The notes beneath the pieces were generated by a model that was not told where the DNA came from, made no database searches, and was given only the letters and a program-made list of their open reading frames with translations. The position numbers and the translations under genes were made by a program. A stretch of DNA of 64,000 bases from Piromyces finnis finn (Eukaryota; Fungi; Neocallimastigomycota): the NCBI GenBank assembly GCA_002104945.1, contig MCFH01000045.1, positions 1 through 64,000 of the forward strand, given 5' to 3'. Every line of letters begins with the position of its first letter. Position 1 is the first letter of the stretch. Of the stretch, positions 1-13,859 are shown one piece after another.

Positions 1-2994
1 ATATAACATAAAAATCAGATATATTCTTTGTTTGTTCAAAAAGTTTACATTGATTTAATGCTTTAATTAATTGATCTGTTGTAAAATAAATTTCTCTTTC
101 TGTGCCTATATACAATATAGAGGAATTTATATCTATTATTGTAATTTAAAAATTAGAAAATAATATAGCATTTATAATTAAAATTAATATATATTAGTTC
201 TTACCCATAGTATGTTTTACAGTATTATTATTATAATTATCAATTATAATTGGTAATGCTGATAAATAATACTTTGTATGAAAACATGGAACTTTATTTG
301 AGATATGGACCCAATTAAAAATAAATAAATCATTTTGTTCTAAGAAATAGCAATTTATATCAGGTAATTCAACAATTTCTTTTTAAAATAATATCAAATT
401 CAATATTCAATACATAAAATTATTAATAAAATATATCAAACAAATAATATAAAGGATAAGAAAGAATAATAAATAAATAAACAATACTATTAATAATAAT
501 AAATTACCACATGGTTCAGTTTTTACAATAACTTCTGGAAAATGATATCTTTCATAATCATTAAATTTTGTATATGAATATAATCTAACTCTATAATTTG
601 TATCAGGATGTAATTGTGTTATATATTTATCATCATATATTACTTTGTTTATGTGACATTTGGTTTCGTTTCCTTTATATACAATTTGCATTCCTTCAAG
701 TGATTCTAAATCTTGTGTTAATTTTGCTATTTCTACACAATAGTTTCGCTTCATAAAAAAATCTTAATTTATTAATTAGTTATTAAATAAATTATTTAAT
801 ATTTTATTTTTTATATTATAAATCAAAATAATTTCTTATATTTTAATAATATTTTTTATATATTAATTACTTTGTATTATACTTGGTTCTTTCCATACTA
901 ACTCAAAGGAAGAACAATTAACATTAAAAGGAATAGGATTTGATGGAGATGGTGGGGCTCCTATAATAATAATAAAGATAAAATATTAATTAATAAACAT
1001 ATATATAAATATATATATATATATATATGTTGAATAATAATTACCAATTTCACATATTAAAAAAGACTTGTTTATGACAATTTCATCGTCATCATCATTA
1101 TACATTGCACCTCTAATTATTCCTAATAGGTTTTCATACTTTCATTAAAAAAAAAAAAATTAATTATTATTTAAAACTTTATCACTTTAATAAATTTATT
1201 TATATTACAATAAATGTTGAGGGACCAGATAATGGAATGATTTCATCTGAATCATCAGTAATTAAAACTTTTTCAATTTCCATTGATTCTATTGTTAAAG
1301 TTATAATATTATCTTTAATAAGTTATTTATTTTATTTTTCAATAAAATATAATATTTAAAGTTTACCAATATTTATTGAAGTTAAATCATCTATAATTTT
1401 TGAGTTTTTTATAATGTTTTCATGAATATTTATATAAGAGTCTTTATCTAATTTTCCGGTAACTTGTTTATCTGAGTCATCACTTTTTTAAGAATATATA
1501 TTTAAAACAATTTTTAATATCATTATTAATAAATATTGTAAATAATGTTATTTATTGTTCATTAAATTTATTATATTAAATAAACTGTTGAATTTACATT
1601 TGAAATCCTCCAAATAAAAATAAATCATCATGTGTTAAAATCATTGAATGATTTGCTCTACTAGTTAGAATATTACCATTAGTACTATGCCACTTAACAT
1701 TTACTACATTTTTTTTTTCATTTATAATAAAGATAGATAATAACAAGAATAATTTATTATTAATTATTATTATATTATTATTATTATTATTTTTTTTTTT
1801 TTTTTTTTTTTTTTTGGAATTAATTTGTTTTTTTTTTAATTTCTTTAAATTATAATAAAATAAAATTAATTGAATGTAAATTATTAATATATTAGTACCT
1901 AAATCCAACCAATATATATCTTCTGATGTTGCATATTTTGAATTTTCTTTTATTAATCCACCTACAACTATAATGAATTTCCCCCATAATGTTGTTGTAT
2001 GTAATTCAATTGGAGGTGGAATTTCACCAGATGAATTTATTTCTTCCCATTCCAATTTAATAATATTAAACATCCACAAATCATTTTTAAATTTACCACT
2101 TTCTGTGACACCACCAAATAATATTAAATGTGGAAATGGAGTAGGTATATAAGTTATTGTTGCACCTACTCTTGGCTGTGGCATACTAACATTAGATTTA
2201 TCAATGTTTACTTCAAGTAATGTTTTATTAGGTATTGAAAATCGGAATAACTAAACCAACATTTTATATATATTTATAATTGAATTGTCAATAAATTGAC
2301 GATGATAATATATATAATTATTGAATATTTAATAAATATAAAATAATAATAAATAAAATTTTATATGTATATACATTTTAAAAAAAAAAAAAAAAAAAAC
2401 ATTTATTTACTTTCAATATTTATGTCAAATAATTACAAAATTATTTAGATATATATTACCTTATTACTAAATTTAGCCCTTCTTCTACTTTCTACTATTC
2501 CTCCAAAAATAAATATACTTTTATTAACTTCTTCAGAAATTGCATAGTGTGATATTGGTTTACTTAAATTATATTCATTATTTTTTAGTATTTGAAAAGG
2601 TCTAACCAATTTGGCATCTTTATATGGATTGACAATGATATTAATAGTAGTAATTTCAAAAAAAAAAAAGGGGAGAAATTGTTAAATATTGATTAGCTTA
2701 ATTAAAAGTTTATATATATATTAAAAACAAAATTGAACAATAATTGAAAATATACAAAATCTATTAGAATATTATTATAGCTTTAGTTATCAAATTACCT
2801 ATTGAAAATTCATAAACTTTTGATTTTGACAAATCTCCAAATATTAATATTTTTGGTTTATCAAATGATTCTTTACACAATACTGTAGAATTAATTTGAA
2901 AAATTGACATATTTTTTGGAATAGAATTATCTTGAAAATATTCTACGTTATTACAAATAGCAGAATATCGTGGATTGTCATCTTTTTTTTTCAT
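1..2994 (-). CDS. Multi-exon Kelch-repeat + fibronectin type III protein (possibly HCF-like); 3' end runs off the left edge
   Basis: Kelch motifs in 2461-2640 (IFIFGG) and 1594-2250 (PQPRVGATITY..LILFGG..NDLWMF..W; RANHSMIL..LFLFGG). FN3 signature in 875-965 (PPSPSNP..NCSSFELVWKEP) and 407-754 (LHPDTNYRVRLYSY). Further exons at about 205-385 and 1-135, the last open to base 1. GT-AG introns between exons. Confidence 0.75.
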
Positions 2995-3101
2995 TTCCCT
3001 TACAATTTATATTATAATTTCAAAAAGAAGTATATAGTTTATACTAATAAAATCATTTACTTCAAAATATTAATTTGATAATTGTCAAAAATAATTTGAA
3101 T

Positions 3102-3138
<37 letters not shown>

Positions 3139-3479
3139 CTTATTTATGTGTAACTTTATGTAAATAATAAATTAAATTATAATTTTGAAAACATACATTA
3201 ATCAAAAAATTTATTCAAATTACAAATTTATATTTTATTTTCAAACAGAAAAAAAATATTAAAAACATATAAAAGTTATCTTTAAATAAATAAAAAAGAA
3301 TTATAAAAAAATAAATTTGTTTATATTATAAAGTGATGCTTTTATTTAATATTATTTTTATTTATTTATTTATTTATTTTTATTATGTTGCATATTAAAT
3401 TTCTATTGTATATTTATTTATCTTTTTTTTTTTTTTTTTTTTTTTTTTTCATTATTATTAAAAAAATTAAATATTAAAT

Positions 3480-5549
3480 TTAAAGTTCATCCTTGGCATT
3501 TTCTTCAGTCTTCTTGAACATATTTAAAATATTAATTCTTCTTGTAAAGTCATCAATCTTTTCTGATGAAAGACTTTTACCTTTAACGATCTTGGTTAAT
3601 CTAGCTATTTCTTTTTCAACATAATCCTTTTTATCATTAATTTTGTTCATAACTTTAACATAGTATTTTGGATATTTACAGTCAATAGATTCTGCAATCT
3701 TGGAAGCTTCTTCAATAATATTAGCACTTTCTTCTTCAGAATCAGCATTAATGAATTTTTTAGCAAGTTCATCTAATTCATTATTTCTACCAGCCTATTA
3801 ATTAAAAGAAAAAATAAAAATAAAAATAAAAATATATATATTTAAGTTAAGATATCATATTTTTACATACATTTTTTAATTTTTTGATTTTTTTAATAAA
3901 TATTTAAAGAAAATAATTAATAAAATCAAATGTTTACATTTTCATTTAAACCACCACCAACAACACGGTTAGTATTACACTTGCCATTAAGGAAATCAAT
4001 GAAATCCTATAAAAATATAAAAATACAAAATATTACATTATTGTAACTACCAAAAAAATTATGCTAAAATTTATATTTATTCAAATCATACTTGTTCATC
4101 ACGACCACCATCATAGATTTCTGGTTCATAATCTTCCTTAGATTTTTCTTTAGCATCAAAGAAAACAAGATGCTTTTATTTGATTGATTTTAAATATATT
4201 AATATATATATATATAATCAGTAAATAAACTTTAATAGATTAATTTTATAATATTTAATGGTTTAATTATACTTACTGGATAACCTTTAACCATATACCT
4301 ATTAATTTTTTAAATTATTTATTGTTATTAAAAAAATTTAATATATATTAAATTAAGGAATAAAAAAAAGTTATATAGAATAATTAATAATTATTTACTT
4401 TTCGGCTAAAACAGTGTTTTCAGTAGCATCAATTTTAGTGATAACAACCTATATATTTATAATAATATTATTAACATTTAATTAAAAATCAAGAAATACA
4501 TCTTCATTATTTTAAGCATTGTCCTTTCAATTTTCTAATATTACTTTTTTATCATTAAGATAATCAGTAGCAACTTTTTCGTAAACAGGGTGTAAGGCCT
4601 TACAATGACCACACCATGGAGCATAGAATAAAACTAATACATTAGTATCTTTAGCGAAAACAACATCATCAAAATTACCAGAATTAAGGACAACAATATC
4701 ACTGTGGACTTTTGGAATCTTAGCCTTTATGCCTATTATACATATAATATTTATTTATATATTTATTTATATATATAAATAAATTTCTTAATAACTCTAA
4801 AAAAAAAAAAAATGTATAAATGAATAATATATTTTAATTTATTTTACCAGTTTCATGTTCAAGGAAATCAACAAAGGCTTCAAGAGAACGATCATTAGTG
4901 TAGTCAATTGGTGTAGTGGTTTTAGCAGGGAAGAGTTTGATCGTCTTTATTAAAAAATAAATGTTAAATTATTTATTAATAAAATAAAATTAAAATTAAA
5001 ATTATAATTAATATGAATAATTAAGTTATATTATATATTACTATTATTATTTATTTATAATAATTGTAAACTTACTGGAAATCCTTTAATGTCATATTTT
5101 CTAGCGATATCTTTTTCTTCATCAGCATTAAGTTCAGCAATAATAATCTTATCATTGTCTTTTTCATAAGCAGCAGCTAATTCTTCATAAACTGGAGCTA
5201 ATCTCTATTATAATTTATTTATTTATTTATAAATAATTAAAAATAAACATTTCAAATCCAAATAATTTAAAATTTTCTTACCTTACAATGACCACACCAT
5301 GGAGCATAGAATTTAACTAAAACATGTTTATCTTGTCCAATTACCTTTATTTTAATAATATTTATATTTAAAATTAATTATTTTTCTCTTTTTATAAAAA
5401 ATAATGTTATATAGTTTTCAATTCTATAAATGAATGATAAATCAAACGCTTACTTTATTGAAATTTTTTTTGTTAAGAACTTCAACTTTTGCATTAGCAA
5501 ATGCCACTATTAAAGTTATTACAAGAAAGAATAAATTAAGAAATTTCAT
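3480..5549 (-). CDS. Protein disulfide isomerase, ERp38/PDIA6(P5)-type: signal peptide, two thioredoxin domains, ERp29-like C-terminal helical domain, C-terminal KDEL
   Basis: About 10 exons. Two [10 protein letters not shown] active sites (near 5285-5315 and 4600-4630), signal peptide [20 protein letters not shown], and last exon ending ...[17 protein letters not shown] (stop 3480-3482). Confidence 0.92.
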
Positions 5550-6169
5550 TTTCTTTAAAAATATTTTTTAAAATTTATATTTATTATATTCAAGATTTTT
5601 TTTTTTTTTTTTTTTTTTATTTTATTTTTAATAAAGAAAAATTGTTTTATAAAAAAATTATTTTTTTTTTTAATTTAAGAAATTAATATTTAAATTAATT
5701 TTTAAAAAAATAATTTATTTTTATTAGAAAAAAAAGCTCTAATTCAGATAGATAGCTTATAATATTAACAATATATGTATAAATTATATATATGCTTTTA
5801 ATAGCAAAAGTTAAATTTTAAAAATGAGTGATTTTTTGAAATATTCCATTAAAATATCAAATAAAAATAGAAACTTCGCACTTTACAATATTTTGCAAAT
5901 TTATTTATTTATTTTATTACTTTACAAAATTTTAAATTAATTTTATTTGTTTTAATTAAATGATTTCTTATATGTCAAATATAAGAAATAGTTCAAGAGT
6001 AAATACTTGAAAATATATACATTTATAAAGTACATGTTTTTTCCTTTTTTTTTTTTTTTTTTTTTTTAATATTCAATAATTTAATAATTTTATTATTTTA
6101 ACATTATTGAATTTTTCAAATAGCATGCATAATTAAAGATATAGATAATTTTTATGTTATTAACAATAT

Positions 6170-6936
6170 ATATTTGTTTATTTTATTATAAAATTAATAT
6201 TTGCATTGGTTATTAACAGCATTTCCCTTGTTGTTTAAGACAGCAATTAAATCTTGAATCTTAACACACTTAATACCAGTAACAATCATTTGTGCATTGA
6301 AATCTGCTGCAACTGGTGAAGTATGCTTGTAATCTGTTGGGAACCAGTTGTTACTTTTAATGTAGTTTTCACCAAGTTCTTCCCATTTACGAGCAATAAG
6401 ACTGTAAAGATCAATGTATGGAATATTCATTTCATTGGCAACTAATTTCATATAACCTTGGAAACGGCTACCTTCACCAACCTTACCATCAGTAAAGGAG
6501 AAGTTTGGAGTGTAGGATAAAAGAACTGGCTTGGCACCCTTGTTAATAACTTGGTTACACATTTGACGAATGTACCATGGGAAAGTGTGTACAACTTCTT
6601 GTTGACCATTACTTCTAGTAACAGTAACAGTTTCATCACCTTCTCCTCCATTTGAACCCTTTTCAGAAGCATTGTGTGGACCACCAACATCATTATGACC
6701 AAATTGAATAAAGACGTAATCATTTCTTGAAACACCTGCAATTAATGAATTCCATCTACCATCACGCCAGAATGTTCTTGCACTTTGACCAGACTTTGCT
6801 TGGTTGTTGACATTACAAGTGACATAATCTCTGAAATATTTACCCCAACCATTAGTTTTTCCATTATTGGCACCATATTCATCAGCAGTTGAATCACCAG
6901 CAATAAAGATGGTTCCTGGCTTGACAACTGGTTGTG
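6170..6936 (-). repeat. Left arm of a 767-bp inverted repeat (partner 13117-13883) covering the CE12 domain plus 24 bp past the stop codon
   Basis: Its reverse complement matches 13117-13883 wherever checked. In-frame and alternative-frame ORF translations (97 aa and 61 aa tracks) are identical in both copies, so wobble positions also match. Confidence 0.95.
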
Positions 6937-7701
6937 TAGGAATTTGAGCTTGAGTTGTAGTAGTGGTACGCTTAATTGTTGTAGTTGCTGTACCGGCTGT
7001 TCTTACTCTTGATGTGGTAATTGTAGTACCAGGAATACATTGAGAAAACCTTTTCAATTTAAAATACATTAACCATTTTTATATATTATTACTATATATA
7101 TTACCATATAAATTATATCAATATTATAATTTTACCATTGAGTGTAGTATTTACAATAATAACCACTAACGCAGCAATTTTCGCCATTGAAATTTGATCT
7201 TTTTATAAATAATTGAATATTAATTAAAACATTAATTTATCATAAATTAATATAGATTAATTTTTAAAATACTGTATAATTCTTATTTCTATTTTCATTT
7301 TATTTTTATTTTATTAATTTTTTCAGTGCTATTAAAAATTTAAATCATTAAACTAAATAATTTTTTCAATTTTTAAACAAATAATATTACTGTTATGTAT
7401 ATATAAAATAGAATTTTTAATTTTAAAACAAATAATTACTATCAAAATATATAATCATTAAATTGTATATTTTTTAAAAATTCAATTGAAGTATTCTTTT
7501 AAAGCTTTTTTCATTTATTTACTGTTATTATTAGATTAATGATAGATTTATTTAAAGATTTTTATATTTTAATTATAACGGATATAATTTTTTATTCTTT
7601 TTGGTAAATTACCCTCCACATTGGCCCCATGCAGCTTGACAAGCTGCATTAGCAAGTCCAAATAGTGTTATGAAACTTAATAAAAAGCCTTTAACTTCCA
7701 T
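6194..7701 (-). CDS. Secreted CBM1 + carbohydrate esterase family 12 (rhamnogalacturonan acetylesterase-type SGNH hydrolase), 3 exons
   Basis: Exon 1 7613-7701 (MEVKGFLLSFITLFGLANAACQAAWGQCGG), exon 2 about 7136-7199 (SNFNGENCCVSGYYCKYYTQW), exon 3 from about 7049 (FSQCIPG, Thr-rich linker). SGNH blocks AGDST, GQSARTF, FGHND, DYKH. Confidence 0.92.
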
Positions 7702-10678
7702 TATATATTTTATTTACTTAATGTTGTATATATATTTTACATAAAAATATATATATATATTTTTAATTTTTATTTAATCTATAAATAAAAATTATTTTCT
7801 TTTTACTTTTAAAAAAAAGATTTAATAAAACTTTTTTTAAAAAAATTATTTATTACAAACGATATTTATTAATATTTATATTTACTTTAATATAGATAAA
7901 AAAAATATCATTTCATTATATATATTATTCTAATATTATAATAAATACAAAAATATTTATTTTACCTATTATAATTTGTACTTAATCATATAAAGTATTA
8001 CACTCAATATAATATTTAATAATGATAATTTGTGTAACAATAAGTATCTCCCATATTACCTAAAAAAAAATTAATTAAAAGATGAACAAATAGTTGATAG
8101 TTGAATGATTGTATTATAAAAAATTTTTTTTGTTCTTTATCAACTATTTATATAACTTTCAACTATTTATTTGTTATATAAACTTTACATAACTTTCTAA
8201 GTAATATCTTTTATTTCCTAATAATCAAATTTGTATAAATTTAATAATATTTTAAATTGTTAATAATATATAGAAACATAAATTAAATTTTATGAAAAAA
8301 ATATTCGCATAACCAAAGATTATGTTAATAAAAATAAAATTTTTTTCCTTTTATATTTATCTATTCACTCTTTAAAAATTGTTTCAATCTTTTATTTACA
8401 TATATGTATTAAAAAATGTCCCATATAGACTAAATTATTCCATTAATTTAAACTTTTATAATATATTTTTACATTTTTATAATAATTAATAATGATAATG
8501 GAATTAAATATATGGCTTCTTTTTTTTTTTTACTACAATATCTAATTCTACATAATTTATATATTATAAATATATTATAAATATAAGCATAATTATTAAT
8601 ATGAAAAAATAATTTATTAAGAAGATTTAAAATAAAAATTTTATTATAAATATAGTTTAAATGTAAACTTTAATATTAATAAAAAATTCATTTATTTATT
8701 CTTGATAATATTAAAATATAATAATAAAAATTCCTTTTTTCATTATTAACTTTTAATTTAAAAAACTAATTAGTTTTTAATTTATTTACCACAAACAGAC
8801 TTAATTTAATTTTCAGTTCTATATTATTAAAATCGTGTGTTTTGAATTTCATGGACAGAATTGTAAATTAGTCATATTTATAATAAATAATGATTGAAAT
8901 AACTTATAATCTAATATATATTTATTATTAAAAAATATCAATACTAATATTATTTGCTTATTTTTATAATAAATATTGAAAAATATAATCTGAAGATATA
9001 ATAATTTTTATTATTATAACAAATTGACTGATATTTAAATAATTAATTTATGAATATAAATAGGATTTAAATAAAATGTTATATATGAGATTTATAACAA
9101 TATTTAATTAATGATTTATTGCATATAAATTATGATTTGTTCTATAAAAACTATCATTTCTTAAAGATTAAAATATATATTAAATCGAGTTATTCAAAGT
9201 AATCAAATAAAATATGGAATAATATACATAATTTAAATCAAAAAATCTTTTATTCTAAAATAATAATAAAGGTAGTAATAATAATAAATTTTTATTATGA
9301 ATGCTAATAAAAATAACTATTTTATTTAATAATAAGAAAAAAAATTAGAAATAATGATGATACTTTATTACTATTCATAATAATTAAGGTATATATGTAT
9401 ACTATATTATAATTATAAATTGTAAGTTTACAATGGGATAATTTCCTTTGTCATTTTTAATTTTCAATATTTAAATTTTTTAATTTAGAGAAAAATTAGT
9501 AAAAAGGAGACTAAATATAACTTTAATGAATTAAAAACTTTATATTATAATATTTATATAAATAATTTAATTTTGATATAGATTATTATTCTATTTAGGT
9601 TATTGTTTTAATGTAATTCAAATAATATTTAATAACTTATGGATAATTGATTTTAATTAATAATATTTTCCATTAAATCTTATTAAACTTTTGAAGAATA
9701 ACCTCCGAAAATTTTAATTATTGTAAATAAATAATTCAAAGTATTATTATTTTAATTAATTATAAGATTTACTTTTACATTAATGAAGATCAATAAAGTT
9801 GACTAATTATTAAATGATATTATTAAGAAGAAAAAATTATTTATATACATTATTACTATATTAATATTATTTCTGTTATTTAATAAAAAGTTGGATAATA
9901 AAAATATTGAAAATAGTAATAAAATATGTTAATATTCAATAAACTATTATTAAAAATTTAAAGTTTTATTTACCACATTACCGTAAAAATCTATTTATAG
10001 AAAGGAAAATTTTAAATAATTATATTTATATAAAAGAAATAACTATTAATTTTTAATATATATTGTTAATATTTAAAATTATAATAATTAATGAATTGAT
10101 TAAAATTTTAATAACATGGGATTATATACAATTATACACACAATTATATACAATTATATACAATTATTATTCAATTATATTAAATGGGATGAATTTATTT
10201 ATATATATGAATATTTATTATTTTAATTTAAATAATTTTCTTTTAAATATAATCTATATTGTGATTAATATTATTCCTAATTAGTATCTATATTATATTA
10301 TAATATTCATAAAATAATATGAAATAAAATTCAATGTTTAATATAGCACAGGATTACACAATTAAAAAATAAAGATTAAAAATAATCAAGTTAATTTGAA
10401 AAATTGAATAAAAAATTTTGATATTATAATTAATTGAATAATTAAATTAATAGTATGATATATTATAAAAATAAGGCGCTCTTGTGTGTAACACATAAAA
10501 ACTCTAATTTATATTATAATTGTAAAAACAAAAATTTATATAAAAATAAAACAAATCCTCTTTTTTTTTTTATTAAGTTTTAACAAAAATTTTTTATTAA
10601 TATATCAATAACTAAAAAGAATTAATAAATTTGTTTTAAATTTAATAAAAAATTATATTGTTAATCAATTTCAAAAAA

Positions 10679-13600
10679 ATGAAATTGTATATATTTACGG
10701 TATTATTTACATATATATCGGCAGTATTTGCTGCTGTTTCTCTTACTGATAATGGAAGTTCATACATATTAAGAAATGAGTAAGTTTATATACAAAAATT
10801 TAAATATGAACTTATCCAGTAAATAAATTAACAAATTATAAATTTAAAATTATATATAAAGTTATGCCATTGTTACAATTGCAAAGAATTCCGGTTATAT
10901 TACTTCCTTAAAATTAAATGGAAATAATCAAGAATTTTTAAATAGATCTTATATTGATGCTAACGGTGGAAAAGTTTATTGTAAATATTACATTAGAAGA
11001 TAAAACAATTGATAATTTATTATATAAATATCTACATTTTAATAATATATAAAAGGTATAATATTAAAATTAAAATTTTTAACATTTAAAACATTATTAT
11101 TTAAAAAATAAAGTTTCACCACAAAGTAGCAAAGTAATAAAAAATACATCCTCACATGTAGAAGTTGCTTTCTATGATAATTATAATTCTAATTCAAAAT
11201 TAGGACTTGATTGGTATATTTTGAAATATTTAAAATATATATTTTTTTAAAAGTAATAAATTTTAATAAAAGTTTTTATTATTAAATAAATAGGGAAGTT
11301 AGATACACTATGCTCTCTGATACAAGAGGTGTTTACTATTCATTAACTAATACTCACAAAACAAATTACCCAGAAACATCATATAGTGAAATTCGTTTAG
11401 TACTCAGATTAAAGGCAGATATTTTCAATCACTTACAAGTTGAAGATGATGTATACCGTGATATGCCAAGCGCTGCTGATCAAAACAAATGTGTTGAAAT
11501 GGGACCAAAAGAAGCTTGCCAATTACCAAACGGAGAAGTTATTCACAAATATGATTGGTCTGTTGATATGTTAAAACATCATATTCATGGTTTCTCCAGT
11601 AAATCAACTGGTTTAGGTTGTTGGTTTGTTATTCCATCATTAGAATGGAAGAATGGTGGTGCATACAACCGTGATCTTTCTTGTCACCAAGGTGGTAGTG
11701 ATTCATTACAAATTATGTACATGAATGGTTCCCACTATGGTGGTGGTGATGCTACCATTAAAAGTGGTGAATATTTCCAAAAGGTTTATGGTCCATTCTT
11801 AATTTACTTAAATAAGGCTAGTTCAGTTGAAGCTTCTTGGAACGATGCTAAAAACATGCTTAATACTGAAGGTAGAAAATGGCCATACTCTTTCGTTTCA
11901 CAACCAGGATATGTTAAGGAACGTGGAAAGGTTACAGGTACTTTAGCTATTAATAATCCATTAACTAATACTCGTTTACCACTTGAAGATGCTGTTGTTA
12001 CTTTAGTTCAACCACAATCAGCAACCGAACCAATTCCAAACCAACAATGGCGTCATATGTCATTCTGGACTCACAGTTTATCTGGTGCTACACCAAACTT
12101 TGTAATTTACAACGTTATTCCAGGTACATATGAATTACATGCTTGGGCAAAGGGTGTTGTTGGTGAATTTGTTTTAGATAAGTTAGTTACCGTTAAAGCT
12201 GGTGAAGTTGTTAATCTTGGAAAGTTTACATTTGTTGAAAATCGTATTGCTCCAATAGTTTGGGAAATTGGTATACCAGATCGTACTGCAATGGAATATA
12301 AACATGGTAATCATTTTAACCAATGGGGTCTTTACCATAAATTTAAGACTGAATTCCCAAACAGTGTTAACTATTATGTTGGTAAATCTAATTATGCTAC
12401 TGATTGGAATTACTGTCACGTTTCAATTCAAGGTGCAGATGGTAAATATATGCAATCTCCATGGAATATTTACTTCAACTTAAATAAAATACCAACAGGA
12501 ACATCTGTTTTACGTATTTCCATTGCTGCTTCTTCATATTCTGCTCTTTCTGTTGCCTTAAACGATGGTAAAGCAACTGCTGAAGTTAAAGATTTAGTTG
12601 ATGATGCTTGTATTCGTCGTGATGGTATTCGTGGTATTTATCGTGAATTAGAATTTAAATTTGAACCATCTGCCTTTAAGATTGGTGAAAACAAATTTAC
12701 TTTATACAGTAGAAAAACCGGTGGATACAACACTTATTACCAATTTGATGGTATTATGTACGATCACATTCGTCTTGAAGCTCCAGGTGTAACTGAAAAT
12801 TCTTCTAACGCTGCTAACAATAATCAACAAGTTACCACTACTATTGTTAGAACAACCACAAATGTTGTAACAGCTACCACAAATTCAAACAATGCCTCAG
12901 CTACTAACTCAAATAATAACAATGGATCATGTAATAAATTATTCTGGCAATGTGGTGGAATTAACTGGAAGGGATCTACAACTTGTTGTGAAGGAACATG
13001 TCAAAAGTATAATGAATACTTTTCTCAATGTGTTTCAAATGGTAGCAGTAACAGCAATACTAACACCAACAATAATAATAACAACAATAATAATAATCAA
13101 TCTTCACAACAAGCCTCACAACCAGTTGTCAAGCCAGGAACCATCTTTATTGCTGGTGATTCAACTGCTGATGAATATGGTGCCAATAATGGAAAAACTA
13201 ATGGTTGGGGTAAATATTTCAGAGATTATGTCACTTGTAATGTCAACAACCAAGCAAAGTCTGGTCAAAGTGCAAGAACATTCTGGCGTGATGGTAGATG
13301 GAATTCATTAATTGCAGGTGTTTCAAGAAATGATTACGTCTTTATTCAATTTGGTCATAATGATGTTGGTGGTCCACACAATGCTTCTGAAAAGGGTTCA
13401 AATGGAGGAGAAGGTGATGAAACTGTTACTGTTACTAGAAGTAATGGTCAACAAGAAGTTGTACACACTTTCCCATGGTACATTCGTCAAATGTGTAACC
13501 AAGTTATTAACAAGGGTGCCAAGCCAGTTCTTTTATCCTACACTCCAAACTTCTCCTTTACTGATGGTAAGGTTGGTGAAGGTAGCCGTTTCCAAGGTTA

Positions 13601-13859
13601 TATGAAATTAGTTGCCAATGAAATGAATATTCCATACATTGATCTTTACAGTCTTATTGCTCGTAAATGGGAAGAACTTGGTGAAAACTACATTAAAAGT
13701 AACAACTGGTTCCCAACAGATTACAAGCATACTTCACCAGTTGCAGCAGATTTCAATGCACAAATGATTGTTACTGGTATTAAGTGTGTTAAGATTCAAG
13801 ATTTAATTGCTGTCTTAAACAACAAGGGAAATGCTGTTAATAACCAATGCAAATATTAA
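10679..13859 (+). CDS. Secreted trimodular enzyme: polysaccharide lyase family 4 (rhamnogalacturonan endolyase) + CBM1 + CE12 acetylesterase, 4 exons, about 960 aa
   Basis: Exons 10679-10779, 10862-10980, 11114-11213 and 11294-13859 join in frame. Signal peptide MKLYIFTVLFTYISAVFA. PL4 motifs SEIRLVLRL, IHKYDW, WFVIPSLEWKNGG, GSHYGGG, WEIGIPDRTAMEY, IMYDHIRLE. CBM1 CNKLFWQCGGINWKGSTTCCEGTCQKYNEYFSQC. C-terminal SGNH domain. No dockerin. Confidence 0.9.

Noticed and set aside
10063-10284. 73-aa ORF in the PL4 upstream region, and similar I/F/K/N-rich ORFs at 17232, 19803, 44589, 46107, 57177 and 59558
   Set aside because: Compositional ORFs of AT-rich non-coding DNA or antisense to real exons; no motifs.
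12183-13605. Overlapping alternative-frame ORFs within PL4/CE12 (similarly within NCP1, the LINE, the transglutaminase and the mucin gene)
   Set aside because: Shadows of codon bias in the real frames; used only as evidence of DNA identity between the repeat arms.
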